Shown in pieces: positions 1 to 13,000 of a stretch of DNA of 64,000 bases. A program made the translations under genes and the position numbers. Position 1 is the first letter of the stretch, and every line of letters starts with the position of its first letter. A model generated the notes under the pieces. It made no database searches. It saw only the letters and a program-made list of their open reading frames with translations, and had not been told where the DNA came from. This DNA is from Phallusia mammillata. Taxonomy: Eukaryota. Where the stretch lies: assembly GCA_965637545.1 (NCBI GenBank), contig OZ281497.1, forward strand, positions 26,970,001 through 27,034,000, written 5' to 3'.

Positions 1-3000
1 ACGAATGATTGGTAAAATAATTTTTGTGGTCCTAAACTGAATGTCAAAACATATGCTTGATGAAGGTTGTTCAATTTTGTTTTGGCAGAATTGCTGGTTA
101 GTATTTGTCAAGCCTTTTTTTTCAAAAGGCCTTTTTTTGTAAAAAAGTTGACCACATTAAGTGAGCAAATTTATGCAAGATACTAGGTACCTTTATTTCG
201 TTCGGAGCTTTTGTCAATCAGCGAAACTCAACACCATAGTTTACGTTCCTCTTATCTTCCAAATTCTGCAGTTGTAATATGTCAAAATTGTAATTACTGC
301 AATGTGTCACTAATGTATTCGCGAATAGCGTGTTGAAAGTGTTGATTTAGTTGCCAAGAAGATTGAAGCAAGTAATGAATTTATGTAATTGTTGGCGCCA
401 CAACTAATTGATGCTTTATGAAGATTCACTTTTAGTTGTTGTCTTTTTTAAGAATAATTAAACATTCCCATGAGGTAAAAGTGGTTTCGCTTCAACCCGG
501 TAGTGCCGTAATGTGGTTACTAAATAATTTATTGTTATTTTCTGTTACTTGAAAGTGCCAAACTGGAATAGCCATTTAGGCTGGACATGACAGTAACCTA
601 AATTAATAAAAGTAACTCGTTTCCAAACCAGCGAGATCTTATGAAACCGATTTAGCAAATCCATGACCTGAGAATGAGCAAATCTGAATCAGCGATAATT
701 CAGGTACGACTCAAATCGGATTGAAAGTTGATTTTTTTGCTTGAAACTAATTTCGCATCGATTGAAAACGGAAAATAATTAGAAAACCCTACATAATGTC
801 TGTACCGCTAATGCCTCCGTTAATTTCGCTCCGTTAACCGCAACAGTTTTTCAATTACAGCGTTAATTGTATTTTAGTTCTATAGATTTTCGAGGTCTTA
901 CTATTCTTGTATAAACGGCCAGTCCAATCAAAATGGTTTGAAATCGTTTTTGTTAAAGATTGCCACACAAACTTTGTTGTTCAGATGCAAAAAAATGCGT
1001 TGTTTGTGTTTCCCAATTAAATGTTTTTCCCTTTTTACTTTGTTGAACAACCTTAACGCGTTCATTACCCGCCTCTTTAAGGGTACGTATGACCGCACAA
1101 TGGCGATGACAATAAATGATTAAAGTTGATCCCCCGAAGCGGTTGGCTATTATGACGTCATAAACCTGTTAGCGTTGGTTAAGGACAAGGCAGTGGTGTT
1201 GATTGTGTCACAAAATGTGGGTACTGTCAGCGATTTTCGTAATGCATTTCTATCCGATTGTAGTACACAGCATATTGACGAAAGCTGACTTATACCTACA
1301 TAGACATGTATTTCATTCTTTCGTGCATCACTATAGGAAACATACTTCTTGCTTTTGATTGTCAAGTTATTTCCCAAGACTATTTCAGTGTATTTCACAT
1401 TTTCAGTATTTCAATTCTATATTCTGGGATGGTAATCTAGTTTCGAATGTATACTTTGTTTTTGTGTGCCAAGGTTACCCACTATGTGTTTTGACCATTG
1501 GTTCGTTTATTCCTTCAGTCTGAATGTATAGAAAATAAAAAAACGGCCTTAACTTTCTTGCATTTGTTGATGCTATATAGCTGAAGGTCGAAGTTGTTCA
1601 ATCGTAGTAACGTTTCGTATTATTCCAACCAGGCAATGGGTTTTCATTTAATGGCATAGGGCACTTGGGAATCGTCAAATTGCCAATGTCCGCAGTCCAC
1701 CGATGAAATCGATCTCGAATGAAAAACTTGCGCTCATCTTCTGATATCATTCGTTGGAGCGTATGACCGCAAGGTAAAGATCCCTATTTATTGATCGGCT
1801 TTTTGACATAGGACCACTTGAAAATACTGCATCCGATTTCCGCACTGTCTATTTACAATAGTGTACTAGAAATATTGTTTTCATGTTCAAATGACATTTG
1901 GACCAACTCTAATTACAAGGGGGGAATTTTGGCCCATTGATTTTAAAGCAAAATCGTTAAATGGCTATTAAAAATGTAAACCCTTGACTTTTTCTGAAGT
2001 AACAAAAATAGCTGTATATTTTGAACGAGGAATGGGTTACGGGTTTGCACTAAGATGTAACACCCAAAGCATTGATCAATACCCAACTAAATCTACAACT
2101 TGAAATACATTTTTTGTAAGCATTCTTCTGGGGAGGGCCCAGCAAAGAAGGACTGTATAGTAATACATTAGCAAATTTCTGAGACGGGGGAAATATACTT
2201 ACTGTAAATTGTTCAACCTCAAAATACAACTGAAAACAATTGACACAACCGTAAACCAAACAAAAATGGAAATCTAGTGTAACTGCAGTAAACAGATGAC
2301 TTGATATTACGTGGTTATAAGCCACACAGTTTGTTTACTCTTTAGTATACAGTTAGGAGCATACCCTATACGCTTAATATGTTAAACATTTTTTAAACAG
2401 CTGGCTAACATGAAACCGTTTACTATACAAACACAAACTCACAAAAATTTCAATGTACAGCCAATGCCAATGCGACGGTTAAGGCTGAAACAATCACACA
2501 TCAACTTAGTTAATTACGTAAAGTTGACCAGTATTACAGAAACGTTTACCGGAAGTTATTGTATTCAGTTTTACCGGTCAAAATTCATTTGGCGACCCCA
2601 ACTCCTCATTTTTCTCCAGTACCCCATTTATGATGGTAAACGCCTTTAAACCGCGTTGGTTGCCGCTCTGAGAGCCACTGCTGTCAACTTATAAGTTAAT
2701 GCTGACAAAAGTTTTGATCGAAATTCGACATTTTTTGTAAAGGATGAGCTCAGAACACCCCTAAGCACTGAGGCGCTTATGTGAATCGATAAAATTCTGC
2801 GAACGCACCAGACGTTTGTGCTGATTAGCCATGTCGCTCGAGAGCACCACCAAGCGTCCAAAATAATTGTAACTTTTTTACCACTACATCGCGCCAGAGA
2901 TGTACTTTTACGCTGACATTGATCGATGCCGACACTGCGACCAATAGGCTGGAGCTGGTTAGTTGGATAGACTGACACAGCAAAATGTTTGTAATAAAAC

Positions 3001-4119
3001 TGTCCAAGAGTCACTACCATTCGTTGATCCTATAGTGTATGTAAAGTAATTTATCTTTCTCCTGTTTATTAGTCGCTGCTTATTGAAACATAATCCAATA
3101 ATCACTTCAAAGAAACAACTTCCTTCATTTGGGGATTAGCTTCTACAAAGTCCTACAAATATCTTATTTTGTTGGTTTTCGAGCGTCAACAGATAGTATC
3201 TGTTTCTTTTGGTGTTGGTAATTGGTGGGTGTCACTAGTAAGGACCTACACCCATTCTCCCCAGAAAAACAACTAGCATTCCCCTTCCGGAGGCGTATTA
3301 GCTCACGGTTATGAAAGGCTTGTTTAATCTTGCTGTGCAAGCTTAAACTACCTGTCAACTTTTTTAACAGTAAGATATTTATTTTGCGTGCGGATTTTCA
3401 AAAAAATAGCTTAGATGGGTCGTTCTACAAATTTCTATGTTTCCAAGATTCAAACACCAAAGTTCGTTGGCGTAACTTCCGTCAAATCTGTCCGTGATTA
3501 TTTCGCAAAAAGAACCTAAAAACTATAAGACGAGTTGAAAACAAAAATGTGTGTCTATAACACACCAACCTTTTACGTGCCTCTTGCCTAATTTCCTAAA
3601 GAATGGTCTCTTGAATTAACTTTCCTCGTGAACTTTTGTAACCGGATTTCTCAAATGCTTTTGGGGTTATTAGAGGTCAATGTCACGGAATTCAATCGAT
3701 TGCCGTTTAAATTTGAAGCCTGTCCAATTCTTTCTGGTAAGGATTTATTATTAGTCTAGGGATTTAGCCGAACTAGGAATCGAACTATATCGTTTGTTTG
3801 ACTTCAAAACTTACTTTAGTGGTTTAGTGTTTCTTAAAAAGGAAATCAAAGAAATGTGAAAGCTTTCCGGAATATTGCTGGTCTCGGGATTTTTTTATTG
3901 CATCTTTGTGGGGTTTTCGGTCAGTTGTTCATGCTTGTGGTAATGCGTGCACTTGTATCGGTAAAACAAAAACAAAAACCACCCGAATCTATACTGGTTT
4001 TTCCCTGTTTTAATAGACCCGCACTAAATGTTCTCTCAAGCAGAAATCATTAAGTCACCGAAAAACAAATTATTATCACTCATCTGGTCTGCGTAATCCC
4101 GCTTACACATTTACAACTT

Positions 4120-4527
4120 CTATTCATTCATTAATACGACACATTTTATACCGCGATAAAGCACAACACGTTTTAGACCCACTATATCGCGCTCCTCGTC
4201 AGCGGAAGATCTTGCTTCGGCAATCTTTCGTTTAAACCGCGCAATGATAGCTATTATGTTGGGAATATCCTGAAAGCTCTGTGAAGATCTGGGCGTCGAT
4301 ATAGCAGCGTTGGCGAAAGGATCGATGTCTTGGTTTCAATTTACCCGAAGTCTCGCAGCCATCGCCCTCTTGCAGGGTTGTACACTCACCCTATCCGTAA
4401 CCGCTGGCGCCCAACTCATTAATTTTAAATGCTCGCGCTCAGCAGGGCGACTTGCATTGTTTCGAGACCCTCGCTTGTCTGTCCGATTGCCATCTAGACA
4501 AAGCTCCTTAACCACGTGCAAAGACAT
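4120..4527 (-). CDS. Candidate small two-exon ORF (95 aa), function unknown
   Basis: Exon 4527-4390 (AGG|gtgagt) and exon 4269-4120 (ctttcag|GAT) are in frame, and the intron removes the single in-frame TGA. The region is a GC-rich island with a CRE at 4624. Confidence 0.3.
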
Positions 4528-7086
4528 CCTAGTGTTTAGTCGAAGTGCTTATAGTAAAACAGGCTGGTTAGACCCAAATAGAATGTTTTTTTTTCTTCTG
4601 AAACAGTGACGTGACCATGCTTGTGACGTCATTGCTTCTGACAATTATATTTCGATACAGTTTCATTTTTTGTGACCTTGAGACTTTGGAAAGCCTAAAC
4701 TTGCTTAATGTAGGGTTTAATGGAATCAAGAGGCAACAAAACTGATTTTCTAAAAGGTTTAAAAGTTTGTTTAGAAGGCATGTAGTAACAAATCAAGTGC
4801 AAATTTTTCATTGAGGCTATAGGATAGGGTGTTTTGCATCTAGTTTACGTAGTTCACCAGTGATCAATACATCTCACTGGCTGGAAAAGCCCGGATTGAA
4901 TTGATCATGTCTGTTTTTTTCGTTTGGATGTTTTTAATCTGTTGCAGCTTTACTCTGATTAATGTTTTCTAAATGACCGAAGGCATTGAAATGTTCAGAA
5001 CTAACTCATTTTATCAAACGCTTCACTCTTCACAGTATAAAGGCGATTTGTAGGATGTTTTTGTGACAGAAAAATACTAACACATCCAACTAGTCCACAG
5101 CTGAGTTCAAAAGATCAAGTGAGATTTAGAGATAGAATTATTAAGATGTCAGCAATTTTGTTGTTAGAAAAGTTTTTCCGTTTGTTACACAATTAAAAAA
5201 AAATAGGAAAGATAAGTTTTAGTTCATGTTAATGTAAGTTTAAATATTTTGAGGCTAATATAGATTTGTTCTGATTCCAGCCGTCGGAAAAGTTGACCTA
5301 GTACTTTTACTGATTAGAATGGACCTATCAAGCCCAATGGTGTCATATTGTCCAACTTCGCAATGGTTTTAGGGATTTAAATTTGTACAAACGAAATGCG
5401 ACCCTAAAATCTATTCCGACGTGGCCCGAGTGCGTGAAATCAATCAACGAACAATAAATCTACGGCTGACAGTCGGTGACTGGTCGTAGGGTCATCCGTT
5501 GAATAATTCAATTGCGTGTATATTGAACTGTGTACGAAGGGAGCATAGATAAATTTGTCACAATAACAAGAACATGTTCATGCTATTTCCTGTCGGTTAA
5601 ATCGAGCACAAAAACACGCCACAATAGCACGCACGTATTGCTGGCTTCTTCGTCTTCACCAGATTAGCATCGATTTTCGGCCCAAATTCGATAAGGGACA
5701 CCTGCATCTGGTTTTCGTGACTGCTTGTTTCGCTGGCTTACCTTCGGTAATAGATTGGGGCTATTTTCTGGCAGTAAAGCTTTGGCTGTATTGACCTGAT
5801 AGATCGCTGTACAGCAGGTTTAAAAGTATTTTGACCTGATAGGGTTGGCATCAAAACTAGACTGAGTTAAAGAGTAAATAGAGGTAGAGAGCTTAAACTT
5901 GATAACCATTCAAATAGAAAGTTGGGCGATATCTTTTAACTGTGGCCTTACGGATAAATTAAGTATAAAAGGGCGTAAAAAATGTTTCTGTATCTATACA
6001 TTGACCACAAAAAAATTGTTTGTCAACACAACTTTATTGGAAGTGCACATATAACTTCTAAACGTTTAAATTCACCTATTAAAGTTTTAATGGTGTAATT
6101 TTTACCTCATCAAAAAATAAAGCAGCTAACAGCTAGTTCGCTTCAAATCACAATCAGCTATCCAGTTGTGATTAATATGCAGACAGTGCGAGATGTGGTC
6201 TAATATAGTGTGATAGACTTATCATTTAAACCGGATGACTACGAAGTTCAGCTTACTTCTTCAGCTTCCCGAGAGAGTGAGAGAAGGCGGGAGCAACGAG
6301 ACGCAAAAAGCTCGACGTCGGCTTTATATAGCTCGACCTAATGGTTTGCTGGCATCGTTGTCTCAAAGACGACTGAAGTAAGCAGTGAGCTGGTTGCAGT
6401 GCAGGTCGAGATTGAATGCTTACCACAAAACAGCGCAGCAGGGTTTAGATCTTTCTGAATAGAAATGATAAAAAATAAACTGAAGAGGTTTTGTGAGTTT
6501 ATTTAAGTTTCATACCTATAAAACAGAGTAAGTAAAAAGTTGCAAAAAAAGGTGTATTTATCTCTTTTAAACAGAAAAGAAAAGTTTTCATTACAACATG
6601 AGTAAAGTACTGAACTTTAGATGTAGTAAATATTTTCATTTTAAATAAATAAAGCTGTATTGGATGTTTATTTTGCATTGTGCTTAGGCAAACTTAAAAA
6701 CCCTAAAAATATTTTTTGACGAGGTTGAGTTTTTTTACTTTATTTAATCGTTTCTTTATCCCATTTTATTAGAATAGGCATGTTACAGAAGCTACGAAAT
6801 AATTGTTCAACAAACCGCTGTACACGAGTAAATCAATTTTAACGTTAACCGTTATGACATAGTTGCTAAACTGGCAATAAATTTCTTTTACAGTCCCACA
6901 CAACTAATCATTGTCATTAAAAACATAGCCACATAAAAATAATGCTTTAGGCTTAAGCTATTCGTCCTTTTGTCTGCAGCGCAAAAACACAGGTGTACAT
7001 TGAATTATAACTGCCACCCTCGGCGCGTGTGTTTCCTCGAGTCAGAACAGCGCATATTGTGTTCAATGTCGTTTCGTGTTCTTAAC

Positions 7087-10000
7087 ATGAGTTTGGCAGC
7101 GGACAGTTTATGGGAAACTGAGAAGATCGGGGTAGCTATCACTGCTGCGTGTGTAGTCATGGTTTTATTCAACAGAATGCATCGTTATATTCCCTGCCTC
7201 AAGTGTTGGACAAAAGGTATTTTAAAATTTGCGTAACTTACACTTAAAACTGACTTTAAAAAACTTACATATGAATTTGAGGTACTTTTAATAATAGATC
7301 TGCTGTTGTTTGCTTCGTGAGTTTTTGTTGTAGCCTATTTTTGACTACCTGTTCCTGTGTAGTTTGATAGCAACTTGGTTTGGGCTGCAATATTTGAAGT
7401 ACATTTTGGTTGTTTCTTAAAACATCCAGACAGTTTAAACGATTTTTTAAAGAAGGTAGTTTGTTTCATATCAGCACAAGCTTTAAAATATTCCGTGTTT
7501 AGATTGTTAAAGGAGGCATGTTTTGACATGATCACCTTGCATACGTTTTAATTCGGTATTCCCTGATGAGAGTCGATTAAATTTGAATACAGTCCGCATT
7601 TGCAGGGCTTACCTCATAGTTTGTTTGTTTCAAATCGTTTGATACACTTTCTTTGAAATTAGGTGGTTAGTCGTGACTATGTATATCGATATGAAGTGCT
7701 ATTTATGTCTCTTGCAATGTTTGTGTCGTTTTAGTTTAGATTTTCAATGCTGGTTTGTATGCTCACAGTCTTTGGTGTAAAGGTGGCCTCGCTTTTCAAA
7801 GCATCCGGTTTTTGTCTCGCAGCCTTTTGTTCGGTTGCTCCCACTCAAATATTTCGAATATGGTTTATTTTCTTAAGATCGCTTTCAATTTGTGCTCGCT
7901 ATTGTCACGCACTCGCCCCAAACGAGTTCTTCCGAATTTGTCGAAGCTCTTGTGTAAATCGAATGACAGAAAAATAACAAAGGAACAAATTCTTTCAACT
8001 TCTTACTGACATAGCTGGCTGAAAATGAAAAACAGTTGACTTGCCTTTTGTTTTGATGTTGAAACCTGACATCTGATTATCTGTTTGTCAATTTTCTGCC
8101 TTTCTGTGTGTTTGTAACTATCTTTTGACTCTTCTTGTCAGTTGCCATCTGTTTGTTGTTGTATTAAAGCCAGAAGCATGGGCCTTTTAAGCCAAAGATA
8201 CAGGGACATTTTATCCACTTTTCATGTTGTATTTTGAAGGAAACGAATTCACAATTTGTTGTTTTCTTGAAAAACAAGTCATTTTACATTTGCAAATCTT
8301 TTTTTATTTATTTTTATTGGCTATTATGGAAAATCTAACGAACAGTTTTGAGTGCTGTATATCTGCGTTGTTGGTTTAATTTTGAACGCGTCTTTAAAGG
8401 CCCTGGTCTCACCGTATGTATTGTTATAAGCAAGTTTTAAATTGTTGTCATTGTCCTTTCCTCAAAACAGTTGGTTTTGTTTATATCGACACCGATTTGA
8501 GTTGTTTCAAAACTCGATGTATACGAATATCATTAAGCTGTCAATCAACGACATTGGGATCAAGTAATTTGATCCTTAACACGGACGAATTAGCTTTCGT
8601 CGCCTTACTTCAATCTCGCTTATCACGTACACATCATTCGTTAACCTTCGAAACCCACCAATCTTGCTTTTTGCGTTGTAGATGCTGAAGGAACTGAAGT
8701 AGAGAGGACGGTCGTACGATACATGCCCGAAAGTATCGACAAACTCCTTTCCATCACTGGATTCGACAAAAACGAACTAAAAACGTTGTACAGAAACTTT
8801 AAAAACGTAAGTGAATCCATCAGCAAAAAGCTTGTTTAACATGTTGGGTTTTTGTTGCTGTAAATGTACAGTGATCTGGTAATCGATTTTTCACCTTTTT
8901 TGTAAAAGTGTTTGCTGAAGCAGTTTGTTGACATTAGCTCACGTCAGCTCTGTACCGCGGGCAAAGAATTGGTAATGATAAACTTGATGATAATTTGCTT
9001 AAACAGGCTTTATTGGTGTCCGCACATTACATATTAATGACAAGAAAATGTGGTGATGATGCATGACTGGGTTGGGTTCTTTAAAACTAGTTTCAGAAAA
9101 ACTTTTCTGTTTTCTGCTTGGTTAATCATCATGATTTAGACGCAAATTGGATTTAGGCCAATTCAATTTTGTGTGCTAAAGCTTCTTTACCAAACATTCG
9201 TTGCATATTGTTCATACTTTAACCCTCTATCTTAGTTGACAATGTTGTTCATACGAAAACGGGCCAAAATTGTATCTGGAGAAGTTTTAAGTACTAAAGC
9301 AATAATGCTCTTGTACCAAATAGATTCTTGCAACTCGTACAATAAAGATATATTCCAACAAGGCCAATAGAGTTCACGTTGGTGCTATAAACGGTTTTTG
9401 CGACGTTACAAGGCACGTTCAATTTTTTTAAGCTGGTTGAAACAAAACAAAAAGGTTTAGGAAAGGCCACTGAACAACCACAAAATCAAATTAGCTTTGA
9501 TTGATTGCAATTAGCCGCCGTCACTTCTACTTACTCGACAATTCCCTTGCTCTGATCGATATCAACTCCGTGTTTTGTGCTTGCGCTGATGGGATGGCGA
9601 TAATGACGAAACTAATCGTGTGCGACGAAACTAATTACACGTTGCATCGATCGACAACCAAATATTTGGTACCAGTCTAAAGTTCAATGGCTGTAAGTTC
9701 GAATCCCCACCAAGTAGTGTTACTGCGGTGTTATGTTGGTTATCAAGGCTGATTAAATGACAGTTAACAACAATACGTCTTGCGTGTAAGATGGGTAACC
9801 AATGTTTTCTCTAATTTTCCATTGTATTGTCACACATAAAAGCTACCTGAATACACGAGAACCATTGTGAGCAACATTACATGTGCTATATTTTTTTTAC
9901 CGAAACTTTTTCAATCTTAATGACGAATATAACGGCCCAATTCGTAATTAAACTTATGAAGAGATCCATGTATAGTTTTTCAATCTTCATTGCAGTAAAG

Positions 10001-13000
10001 CCACGAAAGTAAATATCATTGTAGAAGGGTGCAATAACATGACTGAGAACAGATTTCTGATACAGCCAAAACTACCGTCACCTTTGTTTTGTGACTCTTA
10101 CCAGAACTCCGAAAACTCAATCTTTAACATTAATGCAGTAATTTTCTTTACGTTCTAAGGGCATTTTCACGTTGAAGGCATAAAAACTAACTTTAAGTGG
10201 GAAAATTTAGGCGTTTTGTTTCATGTTGTTTCATTTTGTTCTCATCAACCCGACACTAATACGTTTTGACTTAATTTGCAGGAATGTCCAACGGGAGTTG
10301 TAAACGAAGAGAAATTCAAGTCAATCTATTGTCAGTTCTTTCCCAACGGAGGTGAGGGGTCACGCATGATTAGGTACCTGTCACGTGCGTGAAAGGGACA
10401 TGATTTGTCGATTAGCTTGACACGTGTTTTTGCGTGAGCACGACATTACATGGTTAAATATGTTTTTTTTCCAAACTGGGAGCTAATCCCACGGTTGAAA
10501 TCACATGCTCACCATAAGGCAGTGGTTATTTTTCAAACCGTGGGTATGGCGGCACAAATTGCAAACATCTTTTCGGAACCGTAATTTAATGAAATTTATT
10601 TCATGTATACATGTCAAAAACAAAAGTAATTTGACATCGGAAGTATTCTATTTTTTGCGGACCCAAAAGAACTAATTGGTCGTTTTTTTGTCATCTGTAA
10701 TATGTTCTACTGAATGTGCTGTGTTGACCTTAATCAAAAACATAAACTATCTACTTCACAATATTTCTTACAACTGTCATCATTTTGATGTTTTATTACA
10801 ACACTTTTAAGATCTTGCAGCTATATTATTGCAGCATATATTCGGGACCCTTTCAAAACAGCATAGGGGTTATGGAATGATAAACTCGATTTTAAAACAC
10901 TCCTACCAAACCTACAATCTACATTGTTCATTGATACTACGCCGTTAGATAGTTTAAGGATCCACCAACGTAGTGTTGTGTTTTCGTCGTGATCAGTCGT
11001 AAATCCGCCATATTGTCGGTTTCAATCCAACACGAATACTTCACCTTTACTGTGATGTTTTTTTGTCGTTTAGGATATATTTGAAAACTGTTTAATCAAT
11101 GTGAAAACCACGCTGGCTCTAAACTGCGGGCATATGTCATCCTTCAAAATGGTTGATCGCTGTAAATGCCGATCGATCAGTAAGAGTTGCCAGCAGACCT
11201 AAAATTGGGTCCCTAATCGCATTGTAAACACGATCCCATTTCGCCCTGAAAATTGGTGAAAATGCTGCAAAACGAGTGTAAAGTCAGGCCCGACTCAAGG
11301 CCGTTTCATTGAAGCTCAAGTTCGAACCCAAACCTGACCTGAAACGTGTGGACCGTATCACGATTCTGGTCTTGGTACTGCCTGTTTTCAACGTGAAGTC
11401 CATTTAAGATGTGTGACAACTTAACATTATTCTTATTCACAGATGCAGACATGTACGCTCATCACGTATTTCGCGCTTTCGACCAACAAGAAGAAGGATA
11501 CGTTAATTTTGAAGTAAGGTTACTACGTTTATAGCTTGGATTTTGCCATACAAAACCGAATTGATATAAAACACCTTTTCTGGATCTGGCATATTGCAAT
11601 TAACATCTGAATGTGCCGTTTAATTATTGGTAAACTACATAAACGCATTAGAACTGAATCCACAGTACTAAATTTCGTTCACACATAGTTTTATCATCGA
11701 AATACACGTTTACAGTACAACCCATACTCTAATTTCTAACTAGTTACTGTTTTTGAGAAAGAGAAGGCGCTTTTAACGTTTTTTTTGTATACGTATAGCT
11801 TTAAGCGCATCGTCAAAATCTGTGAGTAAGCAAGATAATAATCGTAAAACTATAGGCAAAACATCCTCACCCGTACAAAATACCAACCAGATATACAACT
11901 TAATAATACTGACAGAAGGCGTAAATTTGTATGCCCAAATCTATACTGCCATTAGGTTAATTACAAGTAGCAAGCTGGCTGATTCTATCTTAAAGTTTGA
12001 AGAACGAGTATAAATGTACAATTAATTTTTATGTTTATTAACAAGGAATTTGCCATCGGATTGTCATCCTTATTGCGAGGTTCACTGGCTGATCGATTGC
12101 ATTGGACGTTTCGTCTGTACGACATTAACCACGATGGATTTATCACGAAAGAAGTAAGTGTCGAACCCGTTTGTTTTATAACTAAAATTTCTTGAAGATA
12201 TATTCAATTGTATTTCATCACCTTGGACTAAGTGATTCTTACCAAAATTCCGTAAAAATTAAAATTCAATCTTAAAACGAACTCCTTCGCCATGATGAGG
12301 TTACACCGAACAGGGGGAAATTACTTTGGCCCTACATAAACTTGTGGACATTTTTGTCAAATTGAAAAAAATCGTTAAGAATTTTAGATGCTAATTTCCC
12401 AGTCAGCTTTTTTCGCGACCCTATTGAAATAAAGTAAGATAAACAAGCTGTTATTAAACAAAAAAAGGTAACACCCAAGTTTTGTTTGTTTAAATCTTAT
12501 ATGTTCGACACTACTTAAACTAAGTATTTTTTCGTTTCCTCACTTCTTATTATACAAACGATCTGTCAACTTATTGACCAAAATTCAAAACGGCTGGGAT
12601 AAAGGCAGGTCGAAACATAAACTATAGTGTTTGGGAATTGTAAAACTATAAGTAAAAATATAGTGCTTCACTTATGCATGTTGACCAGTTGTTATGCCGA
12701 GTGTTTGGGGAAAAAAATTCCTCATGTTGTTATTGTTTAGCAAGGTGGCATAACGTTTACAGACATATTTATATGTTTAGGAAATGATCGATATACTGAA
12801 GTCGATATATCTTATGCTGGGAAAATTTGTTGATCCAGCAGTCACTGAGGAAAGTTACATCGTTCATGCCGAGAAAATTTTTACACAGCTCGATCTGAAC
12901 CAGGACGGAATTGTTACAATGGACGAGTTTTGTGAAACGTGTGCGAAGGTACGTAAGTCCATAGGTTCAGGGTTCAAACCCGCCAGTTGGTGCTTGCTTT

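Noticed and set aside
2646-3020. 124-aa and 60-aa minus-strand ORFs
   Set aside because: No homology or convincing splice sites recognised.
7555-7600. CTGATGAG motif as a hammerhead
   Set aside because: No GAAA box or stem II follows.
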